Below are positions 1-8,580 of a DNA stretch of 64,000 nucleotides, in pieces (within the stretch, counting starts at the first letter, position 1; every line of letters begins with the position of its first letter). Under the pieces are notes generated by a model. The model searched no databases. It saw only the letters and a list, made by a program, of their open reading frames with translations, and was not told the origin of the DNA. The position numbers and the translations under genes were made by a program. The stretch lies in the IMG/VR virus record IMGVR_UViG_3300028393_000024. The stretch is one strand, 5' to 3'. Source of the DNA: an uncultured virus (IMG/VR IMGVR_UViG_3300028393_000024) (lineage: Duplodnaviria > Heunggongvirae > Uroviricota > Caudoviricetes).

Positions 1-207
1 TATCTCGGTGGTTATATCACAATAGAAACTATGGTAATTTTAGATTCTTATACGAATTACATTGCAAGAATACCTTCGCAATTAAATTTGCTTTTGGGAG
101 AAGAATGCCGTAGAATAGATAAATGTAAGGGTTTCGTGAAGTTTAATACCGAACGACTCTTGCGTGTCTATGAGAATTTTAAACAGGAAATTTTAGAGTT
201 GCACTGA
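1..207 (+). CDS. gp59: C-terminal part of T4 gp59-like helicase loader (5' truncated by window)
   Basis: Frame 1 is open from base 1 to TGA at 205-207 (YLGGYITIETMVILDSY...RRIDKCKGFVKF). It resembles the gp59 C-terminus and lies in the usual position upstream of gp32. Confidence 0.7.
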   Translation, partial: YLGGYITIETMVILDSYTNYIARIPSQLNLLLGEECRRIDKCKGFVKFNTERLLRVYENFKQEILELH

Positions 208-208
208 T

Positions 209-412
209 ATGAATCGCAAGATAGATCTTCACTTCGAAGATGAAGTAGAGGTTACTGGTAAGTTTAAAAAAACTAAACATTCCAAGAACCAAAAAGGTAA
301 AGGTATGAAAGTACTAAATAGTTATGTTGAAGAATATTATGATGAGCAAGACTTAGATTATGATTTTGAAACATACGATGAAGACGATAATACTAATACA
401 AAAACATATTAA
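209..412 (+). CDS. Small hypothetical protein with basic N-half and acidic C-half
   Basis: 67-aa ORF filling the gap between gp59 and gp32. Confidence 0.6.
   Translation: MNRKIDLHFEDEVEVTGKFKKTKHSKNQKGKGMKVLNSYVEEYYDEQDLDYDFETYDEDDNTNTKTY
314..320 (+). promoter_or_regulatory. Putative T4-type late promoter (CTAAATA) upstream of gp32
   Basis: Variant of the TATAAATA late -10 element. The same CTAAATA form recurs at gene junctions in this window, and T4 gene 32 also has a late promoter. Confidence 0.4.
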
Positions 413-435
413 TACATTTATACAAAGGAAATACG
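371..435 (+). promoter_or_regulatory. Putative gp32 translational autoregulation operator and SD (AAGGA)
   Basis: A-rich, G-poor leader with repeated (TA)ATAC units directly before the gp32 ATG. Confidence 0.45.
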
Positions 436-1365
436 ATGGACATTCAAGCACTTCGCAAAATGCGTAACACAGATTTCGGTAAAATCACTTCCGAATTCGA
501 AAAAATTGCTAACCCCGAATCTGGCGGTGGCAAAAAATCCTACCAAGACGACAGAATGTGGAAACTAGAAGCCGATAAGGCTGGTAATGGTACAGCCACA
601 CTGCGTTTTCTACCTCGCGTAGAAGGTGACGAACTCCCATGGGTTCGTATCTTTAACCACTCCTTCCAGGGTCCAACTGGTAAGTGGTATATCGAGAACT
701 CTCTTACCACTCTTGGTGAGAAAGATCCTGTCGGTGAATTGAATTCTAAATTGTGGAATTCTGGTTCTGATGCCAACAAGGAAATTGCTCGTAAACAAAA
801 GCGTAAGTTATCTTACATCTGTAATGTTTTGATCGTTTCTGATCCAAAGCATCCAGAGAATGAAGGACAAGTTCGCTTGTTTAAGTTTGGTAAGAAAATC
901 TTTGATAAGATTATGGATAAGGCTCGCCCAACTTTTGAAGATGAGAAGCCAGTTAATGTCTTCGATCCATTCGAAGGTGCAGACTTTAAGTTGCGTATGC
1001 GTAAGGTAGATGGTTATGCTAATTATGACCAATCCACTTTTATGGATCCAACTGAGTTGGCAAGTGGTGATGAAGAAAAGATGGTTGAGATTCTAAACAA
1101 ATCTTACAAGTTGTCTGAGTTCTTAGATCGTAAAAACTTCAAATCTTTTGAAGAACTGACTAAAAAACTGTCAGATGTGTTAGATGGTGAAGGAACACCT
1201 GTTAAGTCAGCTGCTTCTTTGTCTGAAGACGACAACTATGTTGCTCCAAAGTCAACTGCCACTACTGTAGCATCAAAGCCAGTAACAGTTTCTAAAGCAG
1301 CTGAAGTTAATGATGATGACGAAGATGTCATGTCTTACTTTCAGAAAATTGCTGACGAAGCATAA
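436..1365 (+). CDS. gp32: Single-stranded DNA-binding protein (T4 gp32 family)
   Basis: Motifs DDRMWK, GNGTATLRFLP, HSFQGPTGKWYIENSLTTLG, FKFGKKIFDKI and NYDQSTF, plus an acidic tail ending MSYFQKIADEA. Confidence 0.97.
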   Translation: MDIQALRKMRNTDFGKITSEFEKIANPESGGGKKSYQDDRMWKLEADKAGNGTATLRFLPRVEGDELPWVRIFNHSFQGPTGKWYIENSLTTLGEKDPVGELNSKLWNSGSDANKEIARKQKRKLSYICNVLIVSDPKHPENEGQVRLFKFGKKIFDKIMDKARPTFEDEKPVNVFDPFEGADFKLRMRKVDGYANYDQSTFMDPTELASGDEEKMVEILNKSYKLSEFLDRKNFKSFEELTKKLSDVLDGEGTPVKSAASLSEDDNYVAPKSTATTVASKPVTVSKAAEVNDDDEDVMSYFQKIADEA

Positions 1366-1383
1366 TTAGTTTTAAACTAAAAG

Positions 1384-1409
1384 AAAAGGGATCTTCGGAT
1401 CCCTTTTTT
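1384..1409. terminator. Bidirectional rho-independent terminator with cUUCGg loop
   Basis: AAAAGGGATC-TTCG-GATCCCTTTTTT between the convergent gp32 and gp29-like genes. Confidence 0.92.
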
Positions 1410-1411
1410 CA

Positions 1412-3466
1412 TTAGTAGCGTGCATCAATATACTTACTTACGCTTGAGTCTTGATTTCTTGGTGGAGTTCTAATATCAGTTTTCCCTCCACCATTATTGT
1501 TAATTGTTGTTGATGGAGCATTAACAACATTTGTATTGGCACCAGATTTAGCTGTCTTTAATTCTTCATTGCCTTTAGATGCAGTTTGTAAATTTTCACC
1601 ACTGCTTGATGGACCAGGAGTTACTGTACTGGCCATTCCTTTCTTTAGACCCTCATTTTGTTTCTGATCTATCGCACGATCTATCAACTCAAGTTTGCTT
1701 TGAAACATTTCTTCTGAATCTGAATCGCCTGGAATTGATGGACCATCTTTTACTGTCTGTTTTTTAAATTTTTGTAAGTCATCAAGAGACATCTTTTTAA
1801 TCTCATCAGGTTTGACTTCATCTTTTTTCTTGTCATCTCCGCCACCGAAGAAACCTTTGATTGATTTGTATCCTGAGGTAAGTGCACCACCAACTTTTTC
1901 TCCGACTTTACTACCACCATAGTATCCTAAAGCACCACCAATCAGACCACCAACAGCAGTACCAACGATAGGTACTACTGAACCAATCGCTGCTCCTGCA
2001 GCAGCACCAGCAAGAGCACCACCTGCTCCACCGACACCACCTCCAACTGCTTCACCTTTCTTAACATCGGTCTTATCGCTGACTTCTGCTTTCATTTTCT
2101 TGGCATCGGCTTCGCTAATCTCACCTTTGGCAACTCTAGCATCAATTGCTTGATTTTGTTCACCCTCAGCAGCATTCGCATCTTGCCATCCTGAGTATGC
2201 TTCGTACGCACCCATACCAACAGCAGCCACTGAACCAAGCAATCTTCCACCGCCACCCTTTAAGAATCTTGCTGCTTTACTGCCTAGACTCTTTCCTCCT
2301 GCTTTTCCTGCAGCCTTACCACCTTCTTTTCCAGGTAAGTTATCTGCGATATCTAGAGCAGTGTCAACAACACTTGGACCACCAGCATCTGAACCACCAC
2401 CAGCACCACCAGACTCTGACATTTTAGTCAAAGCAGCAAGTTGTTGTTTTTGTATGTCTAGGGAAAGAGCAAGTGTTTTTCCAATTTCGTGTTCAGCATT
2501 TACTTGTTCAACATTTCCTTTAATATTTTCTGCTGATACTTTTGAAGATTTTTCTTTTTCTTCTTCAATTTGTGTATGTGGAACTTCTTTCGATTTAATG
2601 TCTATAACATTATTTTCTATTTCTTTCTTAGTAGCTCTGCGAGGTTTAGTTGTAACATCTTTCGCCTCAACATCTATAACATTATCTTTTATTTCTTTCT
2701 TAGTAGCTCTGCGAGGTTTTTTCGTATCTACTGCTGGTTCTTCTTTTATTGCTGCTTGTAATCTTGTATCAACTTTAACAAGTTCACCAGTTTTTTTGTC
2801 TAGATCTTCCTGGTCTTTCTTTAGCGGAGCAAACCCAGCTGCTTTAGCATCTTCAATTTTCTCATGCACTTTTGTTACAGCTGCTTCTTTTTCTTTGATT
2901 GTGTCGAATCTTTTCTCAGCTTCAGCTTTGGCAATTGCTCTGCCTTCAGGTGTTTTCATTCCACCAGCGAAGTTTGCTTTTCTTGCATAAATTGTTGGAT
3001 CATGCTTCATAGCATCTTCAACAAATGCCTTCTTTTCTTCTTTTAATGCTTTTTTATCTTCACGCTTTTTTAATTGGTTACTAATAAAACCAGTAAATCC
3101 AGTAACACTTGTACTTTGAACTTCTTCGTGGCTCTTTCCACCAAGAAGGAACTGTCTGAGCCCACTATTTGCTCCAGCACCCTTTGATCTTAGTTCATCA
3201 TCATTTTTAATTTTATTTCCAACGGCAGCACCGAGACCATTCTTAATTGCTTCTTTAAGTGTGGCATTTAACTTAGTTAAACTCTCAGTTACTTGTTCTT
3301 CACGTTTCTTTTTAAATTCTTCATCATTTGCTGCTTTAAGATTTTGCTCAGATAACTTCTTAACATCAAGGGATAAATTTTGAGTTGCCTGTGTATGTAC
3401 CTGAAGAGCAGACGTATTTTTCTTTGTCTGCTCAGCTTGTATCTTAAGAAGTTCTTGCATTGTCAT
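1412..3466 (-). CDS. Baseplate hub / tape-measure-like protein (gp29 position)
   Basis: 684-aa helical Lys/Glu-rich protein with a glycine-zipper hydrophobic segment (GGALAGAAAGAAIGSVVPIVGTAVGGLIGG) and an NVVNAPSTT C-terminal motif. It lies downstream of gp26/gp51. Confidence 0.65.
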   Translation of the reverse strand: MTMQELLKIQAEQTKKNTSALQVHTQATQNLSLDVKKLSEQNLKAANDEEFKKKREEQVTESLTKLNATLKEAIKNGLGAAVGNKIKNDDELRSKGAGANSGLRQFLLGGKSHEEVQSTSVTGFTGFISNQLKKREDKKALKEEKKAFVEDAMKHDPTIYARKANFAGGMKTPEGRAIAKAEAEKRFDTIKEKEAAVTKVHEKIEDAKAAGFAPLKKDQEDLDKKTGELVKVDTRLQAAIKEEPAVDTKKPRRATKKEIKDNVIDVEAKDVTTKPRRATKKEIENNVIDIKSKEVPHTQIEEEKEKSSKVSAENIKGNVEQVNAEHEIGKTLALSLDIQKQQLAALTKMSESGGAGGGSDAGGPSVVDTALDIADNLPGKEGGKAAGKAGGKSLGSKAARFLKGGGGRLLGSVAAVGMGAYEAYSGWQDANAAEGEQNQAIDARVAKGEISEADAKKMKAEVSDKTDVKKGEAVGGGVGGAGGALAGAAAGAAIGSVVPIVGTAVGGLIGGALGYYGGSKVGEKVGGALTSGYKSIKGFFGGGDDKKKDEVKPDEIKKMSLDDLQKFKKQTVKDGPSIPGDSDSEEMFQSKLELIDRAIDQKQNEGLKKGMASTVTPGPSSSGENLQTASKGNEELKTAKSGANTNVVNAPSTTINNNGGGKTDIRTPPRNQDSSVSKYIDARY
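2601..2719. repeat. Imperfect direct repeat (~47 bp, 72-nt period) encoding KPRRATKKEI twice
   Basis: TCTATAACATTAT...TTTCTTTCTTAGTAGCTCTGCGAGGTTT at 2601-2647 and 2673-2719. Confidence 0.85.
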
Positions 3467-3467
3467 G

Positions 3468-3650
3468 TTACTGTTTTCTCTCTAATCTTTGTTTTTCTTC
3501 TTCTAAGAATTCAACCAGCAAGGCAACATAAATCTCCCTTTCGAAAGGGATCATATCTTCAATCTCAGTCAGAGAATATTTGTGATATTGCATCAGGGCG
3601 AAGTTGGTTTTATAGTAATTACCCAACGACTCGTGACTGAGATTTACTAA
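3468..3650 (-). CDS. gp51: Baseplate hub assembly catalyst gp51-like; probably reached by a -1 frameshift from gp26 (missing from the ORF track)
   Basis: Manual translation: LVNLSHESLGNYYKTNFALMQYHKYSLTEIEDMIPFEREIYVALLVEFLEEEKQRLERKQ*. This matches short gp51 proteins of marine and freshwater T4-like phages. The first ATG (3593) lies inside the conserved region. Confidence 0.8.
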   Translation of the reverse strand, partial: LVNLSHESLGNYYKTNFALMQYHKYSLTEIEDMIPFEREIYVALLVEFLEEEKQRLERKQ

Positions 3651-4357
3651 AAAAAACTGGCTGTTCCCTCCAGAGTTGTTTTATTATGTGCTTTACAAGC
3701 AGGACAGTCGTATTCAATATCTTTTTTAAACTTTGGAATACTAACAAAGAACTCTTCAATCTTGTCGAATTGTTCTTTTGTTAAGTTTAATATAAACTCT
3801 TCAAGTTCTTGTCTTGTCTGTTCTTTGGCATGAAACAACTCATCGCCATTGTAAATTGAATCAATACAATCAATTATAACTTCCATAATTGCATTAATAT
3901 CTTCTTCCATACCTTCTGCCTTGTTAAAGGTGTCAAGATTAGGATAGTGCATAATTACACCACACTCATCAAAAAGATGTATTTTATTTGAGTGGGCTGG
4001 ATCTTTAATAACATCAATAGTAGTTAAATCAATTCCAAGTTTTACTTTATTCTTTTCTTGATCACAGTGCATGCAAGTAAAAATTAAGTCAACAGTTTCA
4101 CCAACTGACTTGGCTCTAATTTGTGTGAACAGATAATCAATATCAAAAATTGCCAAGGAATTAACATTAATTTCTTCTTGAACACAATTAGATATAATTT
4201 CTTTTAGTGTGCGTACCATAACTTCAGAGTTTTCGCTCTGCTGCGCAAGTAGTAGTGCTTTTTCTTCTCTAACCAAAAATGGTCTGAATGATACTTTCTT
4301 TTCTGTAGAAGGAATCTTTACAGAGTATAGTGCGGTTTTCATCATAGGTAATGACAT
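3647..4357 (-). CDS. gp26: Baseplate hub subunit / assembly protein gp26
   Basis: Motifs FRPFLVREEKALLLA and FDIDYLFTQIRAKSVGE, two CxxC pairs, and the C-terminus LEGTASFF. Confidence 0.9.
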   Translation of the reverse strand: MSLPMMKTALYSVKIPSTEKKVSFRPFLVREEKALLLAQQSENSEVMVRTLKEIISNCVQEEINVNSLAIFDIDYLFTQIRAKSVGETVDLIFTCMHCDQEKNKVKLGIDLTTIDVIKDPAHSNKIHLFDECGVIMHYPNLDTFNKAEGMEEDINAIMEVIIDCIDSIYNGDELFHAKEQTRQELEEFILNLTKEQFDKIEEFFVSIPKFKKDIEYDCPACKAHNKTTLEGTASFF

Positions 4358-4360
4358 AGT

Positions 4361-4777
4361 TCAATCTCCTTTATTCATTTTATCGATTAATTTGTTCAAT
4401 TCACTTGTGCTACCAACAAAGATAGCATTGTTTGTTACATTTTTAGCAGTAACTTTTGGTTCATCAATTTTCTGTTTCTGTTGATGTAGATCCATCAACT
4501 GACTATTGATATCTGCCACCTGTTTCATTAAGTTTCCAACTACCTCAAATGCTCTTGGGTGTTCAGATTGTTTTGCCACCGCAAGAGCATTTGTTAAAGC
4601 ATCTTCACCTTTTGTCAACAAGTTTAAAAGATTGGCTCTGGTTTTATCGTAATCAGATTCAATCTTTTGTTCTTGTGATTCTATAATTTCTCCAGTTTCG
4701 GCAACTATCAATTCACCTGTTACCTTTTCAATTGGAGTCATATTAAAGATCTCACTCAAGTTATCATCAATTTTCAT
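4361..4777 (-). CDS. gp16: Terminase small subunit (gp16-like)
   Basis: Motifs DYDKTRANL, SEHPRAFEV and VTNNAIFVGSTSEL. Start moved to ATG 4777 to avoid overlap with the holin. Confidence 0.85.
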   Translation of the reverse strand: MKIDDNLSEIFNMTPIEKVTGELIVAETGEIIESQEQKIESDYDKTRANLLNLLTKGEDALTNALAVAKQSEHPRAFEVVGNLMKQVADINSQLMDLHQQKQKIDEPKVTAKNVTNNAIFVGSTSELNKLIDKMNKGD

Positions 4778-4781
4778 TTTA

Positions 4782-5423
4782 TTATATTGTACCTTCAGAG
4801 TCGATTCCATCGCTTCTAGTATTTCTAGTAGGTGGATCATCAGGGTGTAAACCTAAGTCTACTGATGGGTTGGCAGCTGTGTTGGTAACTGGCGCAGCCA
4901 TTGCTGCTGGACTAGTTGCGCCTTGGCTGAAAGGTGCTGGACTTGCTCCGAAACTACCTGCGCCTGGAGTTGGTGAACTAAAACCACCACCTGCGAATCC
5001 TCCTGTTTGAGGTGCGCTAAATGCTGGTGCGCTGCCCATTGGTGAATTGAATCCGCCATTTCCTGCTCCTCCAAATCCACCTGTTGACATACCAGCTCCC
5101 ATTCCTGATGGAACACCAGTCATATTGGTATTTGTAGTTTGTGTAGTTGCTGTTGGATTAGCAGCTGTTCCTGCTAATTTTTCTTGAGTGCGACCGAACG
5201 CAGCGATACCAAGAACAGCACCCATGGCGATATGGAATAAACCAGCACCTTGAAGTGTTAGTGGATTCCACTGCACTAATTGTTGATGTGAAAGAGATTG
5301 AATTAATGCCCAAAGAATTGGGAAAATAACCATATCAAAGAAACATACTATCATGTACATCCATCCCATGGCTGGACGCCATTTCTTTTGCATCCAATCT
5401 TCGTCTTTTTTAATTTCTGCCAT
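4782..5423 (-). CDS. Holin-like membrane protein (GTA 3TM holin family) with Gly/Pro/Phe-rich disordered tail
   Basis: WRPAMGWMYMIVC motif, hydrophobic helices and MGAVLGIAAFGRTQEK. AAGGA SD precedes ATG 5423. Confidence 0.7.
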   Translation of the reverse strand: MAEIKKDEDWMQKKWRPAMGWMYMIVCFFDMVIFPILWALIQSLSHQQLVQWNPLTLQGAGLFHIAMGAVLGIAAFGRTQEKLAGTAANPTATTQTTNTNMTGVPSGMGAGMSTGGFGGAGNGGFNSPMGSAPAFSAPQTGGFAGGGFSSPTPGAGSFGASPAPFSQGATSPAAMAAPVTNTAANPSVDLGLHPDDPPTRNTRSDGIDSEGTI

Positions 5424-5433
5424 TTTGGTTCCT

Positions 5434-6270
5434 TTAAGAGAAATCGTTCCAAACATCAGTTAAAACATTTTGTGTTGTACCACGCAATGTGTTTAACCCC
5501 TCATCTCTTTTCGAGTTTATACTTGACATTAAATTCTGTTGAGCATTTGCTTGAAACGAATTAATATCAGAAAAGTATTCCTGTGGTATTTGTTGTATTT
5601 TGTAGATATCTGGTTGAATCGCTGCCATTTGATTTAATCCTCTACCAACAGCATCTGCTTGTTGTATTGGCTGACCATCTGCGCCTATTTGTTGCGCTGG
5701 TTGTAAACCAGATAGCAGAGTATTTTCATTACCAACAGGCGCATCAATTGCTACGTAATTCCAATACTTATACTGTAGAGTTACAGACAGTTTCATAATA
5801 TCTTTTCCAGCATAATCTAATTGTATTGAACCAACATTTTTTGGCCATACTTCATATAACGTAACTTGGTATCTTGATTGATCTAAAGTGTCTTGAACAA
5901 GAATCTGCATTTGTTTACATACATACTCATCATAGTATTTAAATGTTCTTTCGTTTCCATTCTGTATACTTGTAATCCAATTATCAAACCAAGACTTAAC
6001 ATGCATCTTTTGGTCTACATAAAACGATAGTGTTACTGGTTCATAATTGAACTCTGTAGGTGTTTCGCGAACCTCTCCAAAAATTCTAATTGGAGTAGCG
6101 TTGACTTGTAGTCCAGGAAGAGATGCCTGGTCACAGAATAACAGTAAAGTTTTAAATGGAGTAATACCATTAACTGCTCTTGCAGATGAAGGTATGTCCA
6201 TAACTACCGAGAACCTATTTGTTCTGGCCATTCCCGATGACATCGACGAAACGAAGTCGCTAATTTTCAT
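5434..6270 (-). CDS. gp54: Baseplate tail-tube initiator (gp54 / tube-fold protein)
   Basis: Tube-fold motifs ARTNRFSV, CDQASLPG, VTLSFYVD, LYEVWPKNVGSIQLDY and KLSVTLQYKYW. Confidence 0.7.
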   Translation of the reverse strand: MKISDFVSSMSSGMARTNRFSVVMDIPSSARAVNGITPFKTLLLFCDQASLPGLQVNATPIRIFGEVRETPTEFNYEPVTLSFYVDQKMHVKSWFDNWITSIQNGNERTFKYYDEYVCKQMQILVQDTLDQSRYQVTLYEVWPKNVGSIQLDYAGKDIMKLSVTLQYKYWNYVAIDAPVGNENTLLSGLQPAQQIGADGQPIQQADAVGRGLNQMAAIQPDIYKIQQIPQEYFSDINSFQANAQQNLMSSINSKRDEGLNTLRGTTQNVLTDVWNDFS

Positions 6271-6866
6271 ATCTTTTTCCTAGATTCTGACCAGACATAT
6301 TCTTTAGATGCCTTAGTAAATCTCTCTACAGGTAACATCATTGCTGTTGTCCAATCATCTGCTGGTACATTTACCATTGGAGATTTTAAGTGATTTGTTA
6401 GATATCTCTTTACACATGGTTTGGCTAAATTGAATTTAGACACACCATCTATCAGTGACCATGAATAACGCAACTTTGTTGTGGTATCCATTTTATCGTT
6501 GTTTGCGAATACCATTAATCTATCCATTAAAATTATTCTTAATCTGTGTGGAAGATAGTGCATATTCAAACCAATAAATCCATCTTCAGTTTTCCTGAAA
6601 GGAAATACCAGAGGAAATTTGTCATAGTATGGTAACTCTTTCTTTAACTTTGGATCATACAAAAACATGTATAATTTTCCTGGAGTTAAAGAGTTTGGAC
6701 TCTTAACATTGGCTGGATCATTGTTAATGATCATTTGTGGCGTGATCCGCTTCTTGCTCAGAAGCAGTGCCTGTTGTTCAAACCATGTCTTAGACTTTTT
6801 CGCTATCGAAGGATCGTAGCGATACTTGTCAAAGATATCCTGTAACTGTGATTTATTAGTAGCCAT
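6267..6866 (-). CDS. gp2: DNA end protector protein gp2
   Basis: Motifs PGKLYMFLYDPKLKKELPYYDKFPLV, GLNMHYLP and KPCVKRYL. Confidence 0.92.
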   Translation of the reverse strand: MATNKSQLQDIFDKYRYDPSIAKKSKTWFEQQALLLSKKRITPQMIINNDPANVKSPNSLTPGKLYMFLYDPKLKKELPYYDKFPLVFPFRKTEDGFIGLNMHYLPHRLRIILMDRLMVFANNDKMDTTTKLRYSWSLIDGVSKFNLAKPCVKRYLTNHLKSPMVNVPADDWTTAMMLPVERFTKASKEYVWSESRKKI

Positions 6867-6871
6867 AAGTA

Positions 6872-6879
6872 TATTTATA
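6872..6879 (-). promoter_or_regulatory. T4-type late promoter TATAAATA upstream of gp2
   Basis: Exact consensus on the minus strand, 6 nt before the gp2 ATG. Confidence 0.7.
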
Positions 6880-7309
6880 GTCCTAATTCATGTTCGGTCA
6901 GCTTTATAAACTCCCAACCTCTTTCTTTGGCATACTGTGTGGCAGCAGTCCACTTAGATTGATTTTTGATATAGGCAAATGACTCTTGAAGATAACGCTG
7001 AGTCTGCTTTCCAGGATATACAGGTGGGATTGTTTGTTTGTAAGGTTTAATCTCTACAAGGTATGTTTTTACATTTCCTGTAGTTTCTTTAACCTGTATC
7101 TTAAAATCAACAAAATAACGATGAATCTGATTATCCGTTCCACAACGATACGGAATAATGGTTTCCTCTGAGACCCACTTAATTACACTTGGATTTACAT
7201 CGCACCAGTTGGCAAATCTCGTCTCCCAACTGGATCTCATAATGATATTTGTTGGATCACCAGAGTATTTTTGTGGGGTTGTAGGTGTAAACTTTCTTTT
7301 ATGGAACAT
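6875..7309 (-). CDS. gp4: Head completion nuclease gp4
   Basis: Motifs KYSGDPTNIIMRSSWE, SEETIIPY, HRYFVDF, LVEIKP and NQSKWTAA. Start moved to ATG 7309. Confidence 0.92.
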   Translation of the reverse strand: MFHKRKFTPTTPQKYSGDPTNIIMRSSWETRFANWCDVNPSVIKWVSEETIIPYRCGTDNQIHRYFVDFKIQVKETTGNVKTYLVEIKPYKQTIPPVYPGKQTQRYLQESFAYIKNQSKWTAATQYAKERGWEFIKLTEHELGL

Positions 7310-7342
7310 AAATATACTATAACAATCTAATTCACTATTTAG
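7307..7342. promoter_or_regulatory. Divergent late promoters between gp4 and gp48
   Basis: CATAAATA (+, 7307-7314) points to gp48 and CTAAATA (-, 7336-7342) points to gp4. Confidence 0.55.
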
Positions 7343-7350
7343 AGAAAAAC

Positions 7351-8580
7351 ATGGCAGATAATTTGCAACCAAATAAACTGAATCCAACGATTGGCGCACC
7401 AAAAGACTTTTTGGCCAGTGCTTATAAAATCGATCAGTTTCAATACCCACAAGACCTATACTCAAATAATCGAGAGTATGGTGGGAATTATGTTATTTTC
7501 TATATCAATGTGGCTGAGGATTCAAGAATATTGAAAGTTAATAATGAACCGACTGTAGATCCTTCTCTAGTTCCACCAAGATATCGTGGCGATATTGCCG
7601 CAAGCGACTATAATTATCTTCAAACAGTTGCTGGCACTGCTGGTATGGCAGTGGCAACTGGAGCAGTTGCTGGTCTCGGTGCTGGTATTCTTAATGCTGG
7701 TTCAGCAGCAACAGCTGCCGCTGCCAATGCCCATGCCACAAATGCTGCAAACAAAAGAGCAGGAATTAGAAATGTATCTAAACAAAGTGGAACAAGAGCA
7801 GCCCTTGGAGCTGCTGCTCGTAGTGTTGTTGGTGGAACACTGAAAGGTGCTGCAGCAGTTGCGGGAACTGTTGGTGTGGCAGGCGCAATCGGTACTACGG
7901 CAGTTAGTGCCATGGTTGGTGGAAAACTTGGTCGTCAACAGAAAAGATTACAAAAAGCAATTGCACTTCATGTTCCGAATCAATTAAGTGTTAGATATAC
8001 AATGGATTGGTCGGCAGAAGATACTGCTGAATATCAAATGGGTGCCAGTGGTATAACTGATATGGTAAAAGCAGCTACTGGTGGTGGTATTGCCATGGCC
8101 ACGGGAACTGTCGGTGCTATTATTGGAGCACTTGCACTAACTAAAGGTCCAGGCGCAGCAGGTCTTTCAGCTGCTTCTGGCTTGGCAGCAAATCCAAAGA
8201 AAGAAAATCTATTCAAGTCTGTTCAGTTTAGATCGTTTACTTTTGATTATAAATTCTTTCCAAGAAATTCGTCAGAAGCACAAAATGTTCTAAACATTAT
8301 TCAGGAATTTAAAATGCATATGCACCCTGAATATAAAGACAGCAACAGTTTCGTGTTTATTTTTCCGTCTGAGTTTGATATTTCTTACTATAATGGTGGA
8401 ACAGAAAACATGAAATTACATCGCCATACTTCTTGTGTCTTAACAGATATGAATGTAAACTATACACCAAATAGTATGTTTAATGCATTTGATGATGGAA
8501 TGCCAACTCAAATTGATGTTCAGTTATCATTTAAAGAAATGGCTATTCTTACCAAACAACAAATTCAGGATGGATTCTAA
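7351..8580 (+). CDS. gp48: Baseplate tail tube cap gp48
   Basis: Motifs FQYPQDL, IALHVPNQL, NPKKENLFKSVQFRSFTFDYKFFPRN, FPSEFDI, CVLTDMNVNYTP and LSFKE. Confidence 0.9.
   Translation: MADNLQPNKLNPTIGAPKDFLASAYKIDQFQYPQDLYSNNREYGGNYVIFYINVAEDSRILKVNNEPTVDPSLVPPRYRGDIAASDYNYLQTVAGTAGMAVATGAVAGLGAGILNAGSAATAAAANAHATNAANKRAGIRNVSKQSGTRAALGAAARSVVGGTLKGAAAVAGTVGVAGAIGTTAVSAMVGGKLGRQQKRLQKAIALHVPNQLSVRYTMDWSAEDTAEYQMGASGITDMVKAATGGGIAMATGTVGAIIGALALTKGPGAAGLSAASGLAANPKKENLFKSVQFRSFTFDYKFFPRNSSEAQNVLNIIQEFKMHMHPEYKDSNSFVFIFPSEFDISYYNGGTENMKLHRHTSCVLTDMNVNYTPNSMFNAFDDGMPTQIDVQLSFKEMAILTKQQIQDGF

Noticed and set aside
2361..2990. 209-aa plus-strand ORF and the other antisense or overlapping ORFs in the track
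   Set aside because: They are shadows of well-supported genes on the opposite strand or another frame, with no SD or recognisable motifs.
7310..7465. N-terminal extensions given by the ORF track for gp4 (also gp16, the holin and 55770)
   Set aside because: They overlap neighbouring genes or regulatory elements. Downstream ATGs fit homology, SD and promoter positions better.
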